Assembly: GCA_945861255.1 (NCBI GenBank)
Contig: CAMAUG010000001.1
Coordinates: 1 to 32,508, forward strand
Source: Candidatus Sulfopaludibacter sp. SbA3
GTDB lineage: Bacteria > Acidobacteriota > Terriglobia > Bryobacterales > Bryobacteraceae
Direction of reading: 5' to 3'
DNA length: 32,508 nt
The notes beneath the pieces were generated by a model. The model was not told the origin of the DNA, did not search any database, and saw nothing but the letters and a program-made list of their open reading frames with translations. Positions 25,935 to 32,508 of the stretch are shown piece after piece (within the stretch, counting starts at the first letter, position 1; the number at the start of each line of letters is the position of its first letter). The translations under genes and the position numbers were made by a program.

Positions 25935-25961
25935 CGGCCCCGAGTAATCGGGGCCGTTTTT
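25935..25961 (+). terminator. Rho-independent terminator
   Basis: CGGCCCCG-agtaat-CGGGGCCG (an 8-bp GC stem) is followed by TTTTTATT. Confidence 0.7.
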
Positions 25962-25989
25962 ATTGTTGTTCCGAGTAATCGGGGCCGTT
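25940..25989 (+). repeat. Exact 19-nt direct repeat CCGAGTAATCGGGGCCGTT (25940-25958 and 25971-25989)
   Basis: The second copy duplicates the loop and 3' arm of the terminator but not its 5' arm. Both copies are followed by GTTGTT-like sequence. Confidence 0.8.
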
Positions 25990-26009
25990 GTTGTTGGCGG
26001 CCACTCATG

Positions 26010-26957
26010 TCATGGTTTGCGTTGCAGCAGCACCCGGAACGTTTCCCCCAAGCCATACAGCAGCGTCTTCAACTGCAGAGCGTGCCCGCCCGAAATCGCT
26101 TGCTCAAAGCGGCTCTCGCCCAGCCGCATTAACCATTGCATGAGCGTTTCGTTGCAGATGGTCTCCAACCCCACGTTCTCGCCCGCGGCCTGCAACACGG
26201 AAAACGGGACGTGCGAGGTGATGTCGCGATTGCCCGGGTCTTCCAGCACGTCTTCGCACGCCATGTGCCGCCGGTAACTCATAAGGGTACCGTTGGGGAA
26301 GCGGACGGCTTCGCGCGCGGTATATCCATAATCGATCGTGAGAACGTACCCGCGCTCCAACCGTTCAGCGATGCGTCGCATCCATTCGACCGCGTTGAAA
26401 TGCAGTTCGACCAGTTGCTGCTCCGCGTGTGCGTGACGCTCCAGATAGCGCGCGGCTTTTTCATCAACCAAGGGCCCGGCGATAAAGGAGAAGCCATCGC
26501 TACGGATACCGACGCGTTGTTCGCGCCACGCGGCGCCATCACGCAGGGCGGTCTCGACCGGCAAGGCATCGAAAAATTCGTTTGAGAACACCACTCCGCT
26601 GAACCGCTCCGGCATTTCGCCGCCGTCGATGTCGATGGGGACGTAGTGGAAACGCCCTAGCGCGTCGGCCATCTCGCCCCGCCCAGCGCCGATCTCGACG
26701 ACCGTAAACTTCGCGGCTCCACGCAATGCAGCCGCCAGATCGTCGATGGCCGCCGCGATCAGGCGCCCGAAGACCGGTTGCAGTTGTTCGGCCGTGAAGA
26801 AATCGCCCGAGCGGCCGAACGGATCGGGTCCCGCGTGCCTTCGCCTACGGTAATAGCCGTGTTCGGAATCGTAAAGAGCCAAATCCATGAACCGCGAAAA
26901 CCGCATGGGGCCATGGTGCAGAATCTCGTCGCGAATTTTGGCGGTTAGCGGGGTCAC
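26010..26957 (-). CDS. MidA/NDUFAF7-family (DUF185) SAM-dependent methyltransferase
   Basis: 315 aa with a GTG start. The N-terminus (IRDEILHHGPMRFSRFMDLALYDSEHGYY), GDFFTAEQLQPVFG and VVEIGAGRG are typical of this family. Confidence 0.8.
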   Translation of the reverse strand: MTPLTAKIRDEILHHGPMRFSRFMDLALYDSEHGYYRRRRHAGPDPFGRSGDFFTAEQLQPVFGRLIAAAIDDLAAALRGAAKFTVVEIGAGRGEMADALGRFHYVPIDIDGGEMPERFSGVVFSNEFFDALPVETALRDGAAWREQRVGIRSDGFSFIAGPLVDEKAARYLERHAHAEQQLVELHFNAVEWMRRIAERLERGYVLTIDYGYTAREAVRFPNGTLMSYRRHMACEDVLEDPGNRDITSHVPFSVLQAAGENVGLETICNETLMQWLMRLGESRFEQAISGGHALQLKTLLYGLGETFRVLLQRKP

Positions 26958-27120
26958 ACGGGGTCACGGGGCTTGAATGCCACGGCACTCTTCGAATCGC
27001 CACGCGCGGCCTGGCGTAAGGCGGTGCTGGGGCGGACGCTGGTTGCTGATTCCTCCATACCCGCCCGCACACTCCTGCCACGGGCAATGAACTGAAGGGC
27101 GAGCTCGCACGAGCTTTGCG

Positions 27121-28005
27121 TCATAACGGGAGGTGCTTCAAATAGTCGCGAAACGCTTCGCCCAGGTCGTGGCGCTTTAGGGCGAACTCAACCGTGGCCT
27201 GCAGGAATCCCAGCTTGTCGCCTGCATCGTAGCGTTTCCCCTCGAATTTATAGCCGTAGATCGGACGGCTGCGCAACATGTGCTTGAGGCCGTCAGTCAA
27301 TTGGATCTCGCCGCCGCTGCCCGGTGAAATAGCCTCGAGCGATTGAAAAATCTCCGGAGTCAAGATGTAGCGCCCGATAATCGCCAGATTCGACGGCGCA
27401 TCGTCCACCTTGGGCTTCTCCACCAGATTGCGAATGCGGTACAGACGGCCACGTTCTCCGTTATGGCCCACCGGTTCGGCGTCCACCACGCCGTAGTGGG
27501 AGATGCTCTCGCGCGGCACTTCCATCAGCGCCAGAACCGGCGCGTGATAAAACTCATAGACGTCCAGCAGCTGGCGCAGACACGGGGTCTCGGCGTCGAT
27601 CACGTCGTCGGAAAGAATCACCGAGAACGGTTCGTTACCCACCAGCTCGCGCGCTCGCAACACGGCGTGCCCCAATCCCAATGCTTCTTTCTGGCGCACG
27701 TAGGCGACGTCGATCATATCGGAAACCGCGCGCACGGTTTCCAACAAATCTTTCTTCTTGCGCGTTTCGAGCAAATGCTCCAGTTCAAAGCTGACGTCGA
27801 AATGATCTTCGATCGCACTCTTCCCTCGTCCGGTGACGATGATGATGTTGTGTACGCCGGAGTGAATCGCCTCCTCCACGCCGTACTGAATCAAGGGCTT
27901 GTCGACCAAGGCCAACATCTCCTTGGGTTGCGCCTTGGTGGCCGGGAGGAAGCGCGTGCCGAGCCCGGCCGCGGGGAAAACCGCCTTACGAACTTTTTCA
28001 AGCAT
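27121..28005 (-). CDS. galU: UTP--glucose-1-phosphate uridylyltransferase
   Basis: 294 aa. It has the motif KAVFPAAGLGTRFLPATKAQPKEMLALVDKPLIQY and a GalU-like sequence throughout. Confidence 0.9.
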   Translation of the reverse strand: MLEKVRKAVFPAAGLGTRFLPATKAQPKEMLALVDKPLIQYGVEEAIHSGVHNIIIVTGRGKSAIEDHFDVSFELEHLLETRKKKDLLETVRAVSDMIDVAYVRQKEALGLGHAVLRARELVGNEPFSVILSDDVIDAETPCLRQLLDVYEFYHAPVLALMEVPRESISHYGVVDAEPVGHNGERGRLYRIRNLVEKPKVDDAPSNLAIIGRYILTPEIFQSLEAISPGSGGEIQLTDGLKHMLRSRPIYGYKFEGKRYDAGDKLGFLQATVEFALKRHDLGEAFRDYLKHLPL

Positions 28006-28017
28006 GCGATTTCTATT

Positions 28018-28839
28018 CTAGCGGTTTGAGTTTGCGCCTTTCGGATCCGCCGCATTCATATTGGCGGACGGCTCCCCCAGCACGCCCTGTTCGTTCAGAA
28101 TAACCATATCCACGCGCCGGTTGCGGGCTCGGCCGTCGTCAGTGTCGTTGGAGGCGATCGGAGCATTATCGGCGTAACCCGCGACGGAGAGGCGTCCGGC
28201 AGGAACCTCGAAGCGCTCCGACAGCAGCTTGAGCAGAGCAATGCTTCGTGCCGCCGAGAGATCCCAATTGCTATGGAACCGCGCCGTGTTGATGGGCAGC
28301 GAGTCCGTGTGGCCTTCCAGCCGCACGGGATTGGGAATGCGTATGATGGCCGCGGCAACCTTAGTGAGACTCTGGAAAGCTTCGGTCGACACCTCGTCTC
28401 CTCCCGAAGGAAACAATGCGGCCTGCCTAAAACTTACCACCAGGCCGCGCGCCTGCATGTCCACCTGGATGCGGCCGGCCTCAATCTCCATCTTCAGTTC
28501 TTCGGAGAGCACCTTGAGCGAAGGCACCAGTTCCGCCAGTTTCTCCTCTCTCTTGGCCTCGCTGAGCCGCTCAGCTCCCCCGGGGCCGTGCATTTGCGCA
28601 TTGCCGACGCCTTTGTCTGAGACGGTGCCGCCCAGAACCGAAGCGATCACCGACGCCATGCTCTCTCCTTCCAGTGCCTTCTTGACGGAGTCGGAAACCT
28701 GCTGCGCCTTTCCTTTATCGGCTTGTGAGCTGGCGAACATCACGACAAAGAAGGCGAACAAAAGGGTGATGAAGTCCGCATAGGAGACCAACCACCGCTC
28801 GTGGTTCACATGTTCCGGCGGTGGTTTCTTGCGTGCCAT
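28018..28839 (-). CDS. motB: Flagellar stator protein MotB (OmpA-like C-terminus)
   Basis: 273 aa. It has the N-terminal plug/TM with the conserved Asp (RWLVSYADFITLLFAFFVVMFA) and a C-terminal OmpA/peptidoglycan-binding domain (GHTDS...NRRVD). Confidence 0.85.
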   Translation of the reverse strand: MARKKPPPEHVNHERWLVSYADFITLLFAFFVVMFASSQADKGKAQQVSDSVKKALEGESMASVIASVLGGTVSDKGVGNAQMHGPGGAERLSEAKREEKLAELVPSLKVLSEELKMEIEAGRIQVDMQARGLVVSFRQAALFPSGGDEVSTEAFQSLTKVAAAIIRIPNPVRLEGHTDSLPINTARFHSNWDLSAARSIALLKLLSERFEVPAGRLSVAGYADNAPIASNDTDDGRARNRRVDMVILNEQGVLGEPSANMNAADPKGANSNR

Positions 28840-28854
28840 GGTGTATAGCCGGTA

Positions 28855-29700
28855 TCAAGCTTCGGAGGGGGCTTCCGCGCCCGCGCCCTTGGCCGGCGCC
28901 ACCGCCTTCTTCGCCGCAGGTGCGAGAACGTACGCCTCCAGCTTGGTGCGGATCAACTTGGGATTCAGCCCTTCCACAATCCCGCACACTCCTTCCAGAA
29001 TGAGTTCCTTGCGCTGCGTCTCCACGTGCGCCCGCGCCTTGATCTTGGCAGCGGCGGGCAGGAAAAACAGGTTCGCCACACCCACACCGTACACCGTGGC
29101 GACAAAAGCCACCGCGATACCGTGGCCTACTTCATCGATATTGGCCAGGTTCTTCATTACTTGAATGAGTCCAAGCACGGCGCCGATGATGCCGACGGTG
29201 GGCGCGTAACCCCCCGCTTGCTCAAACACTTTGGCTTCCGCATCGGTGTGATGCTGGTCGAGCGATATGGCCAGCTCGAGCATGCCGCGAATGTCCTGGC
29301 TGTCGGTGCCGTCCACGGCTAGATTCAAGGCTTTCCTCAAGAACGGATCGGGAATCGCGAGCGCTTCCTGTTCCAGTGACACCAGACCTTGCTTGCGCGC
29401 TTTGGTGGCGTAGGCGATGATCTCTTCCACTAGGTCGTCGTGCGGCGGCGAGCGGTCGAACAGGACGTGCGTAAATCCGCGAGCGGCACGCTTCAACACG
29501 TCCACCGGCGTGGAAACCATAACCGCTCCCAAGGTCCCCCCCAGCACAATCAAGCCTGCGGTGAATTGCGTGACGTCCTGGAGCTTACCTCCCTCCAGCA
29601 ACAACCCTCCGACGATGCCGCCCCCGGCGACGCCCAAGCCCGCCAGCGTAGCCAGGTCCGGCTTGCCGCGGGCACGTTTCTTTTCCGCTGTGCCTGCCAT
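28855..29700 (-). CDS. motA: Flagellar stator protein MotA (MotA/TolQ/ExbB channel family)
   Basis: 281 aa with four TM segments and the C-terminal channel region (GYAPTVGIIGAVLGLIQVM...VATVYGVGVANLFFLP). Confidence 0.85.
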   Translation of the reverse strand: MAGTAEKKRARGKPDLATLAGLGVAGGGIVGGLLLEGGKLQDVTQFTAGLIVLGGTLGAVMVSTPVDVLKRAARGFTHVLFDRSPPHDDLVEEIIAYATKARKQGLVSLEQEALAIPDPFLRKALNLAVDGTDSQDIRGMLELAISLDQHHTDAEAKVFEQAGGYAPTVGIIGAVLGLIQVMKNLANIDEVGHGIAVAFVATVYGVGVANLFFLPAAAKIKARAHVETQRKELILEGVCGIVEGLNPKLIRTKLEAYVLAPAAKKAVAPAKGAGAEAPSEA

Positions 29701-29718
29701 GTGGTCGCGCCGGTACGC

Positions 29719-29919
29719 CTAACTGGGCTGGGCAAGCCCCGTAAGTATCGCCCGCCGGAATTGGATCACTCTTTCAATCACCTCTTCCGGCGTTTCCGCC
29801 ACCACCAGCTTCTGGCCGTTGGTCAGGCTGATGATCGTGTCTGGCGTCGCTTCCATATGTTCGATGAGATCCGAGTTCAGGACCAAAGGAAGGCGATTGA
29901 TGCGCGTCAGCCGGATCAT
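29719..29919 (-). CDS. flbD: Flagellar protein FlbD
   Basis: 66 aa from the internal ATG. The sequence MIRLTRINRLPLVLNSDLIEHMEATPDTIISLTNGQKLVVAETPEEVIERV is typical of FlbD. The longer ORF to 30006 is unlikely. Confidence 0.7.
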   Translation of the reverse strand: MIRLTRINRLPLVLNSDLIEHMEATPDTIISLTNGQKLVVAETPEEVIERVIQFRRAILTGLAQPS

Positions 29920-30006
29920 TCTGAGCAACTCATCGGACGCAGCGCAAGGAGTATGACGATACCCGGTGTCGGGAAGGGCAGGCGGGTGTGTCCGCCCCGC
30001 AGCCAA

Positions 30007-30459
30007 CTACTTCAGCAAGTCCGCGATAGCCCGCAGTTCTTGCCGGAGCGTTGTGAGCAGGGAAGACAGATCTGTCTGGGATTGAGCGTCAAACAGATGT
30101 CCCTGCGTCTTCTTAGGCTTGGCGTGTTTGGCGGCAGTTCGTTCCGGCGTCAGCCGTGCCGGCGACTCCAGAAATTTGCGCGCCCCTTCAATGGTGTACC
30201 GCTTTTCGTAAAGCAGGCGTTTGATTTCCAGCACCAGCTCGACGTCCTTGCGGCGGAACAAGCGGTGGCCCTTCCCCGATTTCTTGGGGCCTAGCGCGGG
30301 AAATTCGGTCTCCCAGAAGCGCAGAACATAGGGCTTGATCCCGGCCAGCTGCGCGACTTCGCCGATCCGGAAGTACAGCTTGTCCGGAATTCCGGAGCTT
30401 TCCGTGACGGAAAGTCCGGGGACCATGCCCTGGTCCGGCGTTTCTTCGCGCGCGCTCAT
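30007..30459 (-). CDS. MerR-family transcriptional regulator
   Basis: 150 aa. It has a MerR HTH (YFRIGEVAQLAGIKPYVLRFWETEF...GHRLFRRKDVELVLEIKRLLYEKRYTIEGARKFL). An alternative start is at M12 (30426). Confidence 0.8.
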   Translation of the reverse strand: MSAREETPDQGMVPGLSVTESSGIPDKLYFRIGEVAQLAGIKPYVLRFWETEFPALGPKKSGKGHRLFRRKDVELVLEIKRLLYEKRYTIEGARKFLESPARLTPERTAAKHAKPKKTQGHLFDAQSQTDLSSLLTTLRQELRAIADLLK

Positions 30460-31243
30460 GACGTACCCTTATCATATAGTGTCCCCGCTTGCAGGAATCC
30501 ATCCCGTCCGGGAAGCGCTCCGCGCCGGACGTACGTTAGATCGGGTGCTGATCGCCAAAGGCGCCGGAGGTCCGCGGTTACAGGAGATCATCGCGCTGTG
30601 CCGCGAACGCGGTGTCGCTGTTCGATTTGAGCCGAGGGCTCAGTTGGACCGGGCGGTCAACGGCGCGCAGCACCAGGGCGTGGTGGCTTTTGGCGCCGCC
30701 GAGGCGTATGCCTCGCTCGAAGAAACCGCGGCCCGCGGCGGCCTGCACGTGCTACTGGACGGCCTGGAAGATCCGCACAATCTAGGCGCAATCATCCGTA
30801 CAGCCCACGCGGCGGGCGCGGCCGCCGTGGTCATTCCGGAGCGCCGCGCCGTGGGATTAACGGAGACTGTCGCTCGCGTAGCGGCCGGCGCCACGGCGTA
30901 TTTGCCGGTGGTGCGCGTCAGCAACATCAATCGGGCCCTGGAGGATCTGAAAAAGCACGGTTATTGGATCTACGGTCTTGATGAGCGGGGCAAAGCGACG
31001 TACGACGCGGTGGAGTTCACCCAGCCCACCGCCATCGTGCTGGGCGCCGAAGGCCACGGCCTGCATGAGCACACCGCCAAGCGTTGCGATTTTCTGGTGC
31101 GCATCCCCATGGCGGGAGCGGGCGCGGCAGGTGTAGCGTCGCTCAACGTGAGCGTGGCGGCAGGAGTGGTATTGTTCGAGTGGAAGCGACGCAGCGCGAA
31201 ATCCGGCGCTGCCCAAGGGGCGGCGAGCCCCTTGACGAGTTAG
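30458..31243 (+). CDS. rlmB: TrmH-family 23S rRNA (guanosine-2'-O)-methyltransferase
   Basis: It has a SpoU substrate-binding N-terminus (GIHPVREALRAG...) and SpoU MTase motifs (LDGLEDPHNLGAIIRTA, VLGAEGHGL, IPMAG...SLNVSVA). The start is uncertain (ATG 30458 or GTG 30479; the ORF is open from 30335). Confidence 0.85.
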   Translation: MTYPYHIVSPLAGIHPVREALRAGRTLDRVLIAKGAGGPRLQEIIALCRERGVAVRFEPRAQLDRAVNGAQHQGVVAFGAAEAYASLEETAARGGLHVLLDGLEDPHNLGAIIRTAHAAGAAAVVIPERRAVGLTETVARVAAGATAYLPVVRVSNINRALEDLKKHGYWIYGLDERGKATYDAVEFTQPTAIVLGAEGHGLHEHTAKRCDFLVRIPMAGAGAAGVASLNVSVAAGVVLFEWKRRSAKSGAAQGAASPLTS

Positions 31244-31354
31244 AGTCGGCGCGGCGCGGCATGGCGCCCGGATCGGAGCCTCAGCTAACCTTGTATCCCC
31301 GTAACGCGCGGGCCGCGATGCAGCGCTCGCCCGTTCGCTTAAACTGAAAGTATC

Positions 31355-32508
31355 TTGGCAACTCGTTATCAAGTGATCGTGGTGGGCGCTGGGCATGCTG
31401 GCTGCGAGGCGGCGCGGGCATGCGCCCGCCTTGGGCTGAACACGGCCATGGTTACGATGAATCTGGATCTCATCGCCCAGATGTCCTGCAACCCCGCCGT
31501 GGGCGGCATCGCCAAGGGACATCTGGTGCGGGAGATTGACGCGCTGGGCGGCATCATGGGGGAACTCACCGACGCCGTCGGAATTCAGTTCCGCTTACTG
31601 AATACCAGCCGCGGACCGGCCGTCTGGTCACCCCGAGCGCAATGCGATAAGAAGCTCTACCGGCTTAGGATGCGGGAATTACTAGAAAAGGAGCCTAATC
31701 TCCGAATATTGCAGGCGGAGGTGACTTCTCTGCTGATTTCCGAGGAAGCTCCACGGCGAATTCGCGGCGTGTTGCTGCGTGACGGCAGAAGCGTTGAAAG
31801 CGAGGCCGTGGTAGTAACCACCGGGACGTTCTTGAACGGCATGGCCCACGTCGGCGAACAACAGTACAGTTGCGGACGCAATGGCGAAGCTCCTTCGAAC
31901 CTCCTCGGACACCAGTTGCGAAATTTGGGCCTGCGGTGGACGCGGCTCAAGACCGGAACGCCCCCACGATTGGACGCGCGCTCCATCGATTGGTCCCGGT
32001 TTGAACCTCAGCACGGCGATACCGAGCCGACGCCGTTTTCGTTTCTCACCCGGAGGATTGAGCGCGAGCAGGTTCCCTGCTACATCGGCTACACAACCGA
32101 GGCGGCACATCAGGTTGTCCGCGAGAGCATCGCTCGATCACCGCTCTACAGCGGACAGATCGAAGGTATTGGCCCTCGTTACTGCCCATCCATTGAAGAC
32201 AAGATCGTCAAGTTTCCAGACAAGCTGCGGCATCAGATTTTTCTGGAGCCTGAAGGTCTGGATACGAACGAGATCTATGTGAACGGCCTCTCGACGAGTA
32301 TGCCGATCGACGTGCAAACGCGCCTGCTTGCAGCGATTCCCGGCCTGGAAGACGCCGAGATGATCCGGCCCGGCTATGCCATCGAATATGATGCCATTGA
32401 CTCCAGAGAACTCCTTCATTCTCTTGAGGTTAAGAGCTTGAAGGGACTCTTTCTGGCGGGGCAGATTAATGGCACGTCCGGCTATGAAGAGGCGGCCTGT
32501 CAGGGCCT
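31355..32508 (+). CDS. mnmG: tRNA uridine-5-carboxymethylaminomethyl modification enzyme MnmG/GidA (5' part; runs off the window)
   Basis: My own translation gives (M)[26 protein letters not shown]...[21 protein letters not shown]...[15 protein letters not shown]...[18 protein letters not shown]. The probable start is TTG 31355 (GTG 31373 is the alternative). It is absent from the ORF track because there is no stop in the window. Confidence 0.95.
   Translation, partial: MATRYQVIVVGAGHAGCEAARACARLGLNTAMVTMNLDLIAQMSCNPAVGGIAKGHLVREIDALGGIMGELTDAVGIQFRLLNTSRGPAVWSPRAQCDKKLYRLRMRELLEKEPNLRILQAEVTSLLISEEAPRRIRGVLLRDGRSVESEAVVVTTGTFLNGMAHVGEQQYSCGRNGEAPSNLLGHQLRNLGLRWTRLKTGTPPRLDARSIDWSRFEPQHGDTEPTPFSFLTRRIEREQVPCYIGYTTEAAHQVVRESIARSPLYSGQIEGIGPRYCPSIEDKIVKFPDKLRHQIFLEPEGLDTNEIYVNGLSTSMPIDVQTRLLAAIPGLEDAEMIRPGYAIEYDAIDSRELLHSLEVKSLKGLFLAGQINGTSGYEEAACQG

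Noticed and set aside
25834-25961. Lys-rich small ORF plus terminator as a lysine-responsive leader-peptide attenuator
   Set aside because: There is no downstream gene on the same strand, because the next gene is convergent. There is nothing to attenuate, so I treated it as a stand-alone unit.
26949-26971. Tandem CGGGGTCAC-a-CGGGGTCAC repeat overlapping the GTG start of the MidA-family gene
   Set aside because: It is a short 10-nt slippage-type duplication. The upstream GTG is out of frame with the gene. I see no functional implication beyond start-codon ambiguity.
27066-27080. Sigma-54-like TGGCAGGAGTGTGCG on the minus strand upstream of the MidA-family gene
   Set aside because: The spacing between the GG and GC dinucleotides is one nucleotide too short, and the -12 element reads TGTGC rather than TTGC. 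Sigma-54 is intolerant of spacing changes.
28018-29700. MotA/MotB pair as a possible Zorya-type anti-phage system
   Set aside because: MotA is of canonical stator size (281 aa) without the long ZorA tail. There are no ZorC/ZorD-like genes, and flbD lies immediately upstream. This is a flagellar stator.
29930-29955. Sigma-28 (FliA)-like motif CATA-N15-TCCGATGA upstream of flbD
   Set aside because: It matches TAAA-N15-GCCGATAA only partially, and the -10-like element ends only 10 nt before the ATG. This is not convincing without start-site data.

Overview
High-GC (about 60%) chromosomal segment. The ADOP-type duplicated permease and the general gene content suggest an Acidobacteriota genome (inference only). 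About 30 genes are packed tightly, and most are ordinary housekeeping or envelope functions: purH, uvrC, mnmG (3' partial), rlmB, an RlmI-like methyltransferase, cutA, galU, rlpA, tRNA-Asp(GTC), a membrane pyrophosphatase, a KirBac-type K+ channel, an FAH-family hydrolase, an MBL-fold hydrolase, an M49-like peptidase, a ModA-like binding protein, a UPF0175/DUF3368 toxin-antitoxin pair and a merR-flbD-motA-motB-galU string. I see no CRISPR array, transposase, integrase or recognisable defence island. Five places look non-routine. (1) A minus-strand operon encodes a sigma-54 activator with no input domain, a protein whose receiver and GGDEF domains are both degenerate, and a GT4 glycosyltransferase. 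(2) About 1 kb upstream, a divergent AT-rich control region carries a correctly spaced sigma-54 -24/-12-like element facing rlpA. (3) On the opposite strand of that region sits a self-contained unit: a near-consensus sigma-70 promoter, a 5' hairpin, a 21-codon Lys/Ala-rich ORF and a strong terminator. (4) A 19-nt box is repeated at the translation starts of the activator operon. (5) A low-GC, about 0.95-kb stretch next to the TA pair has broken reading frames. All functional calls come from motif recognition by eye. No database search was run.
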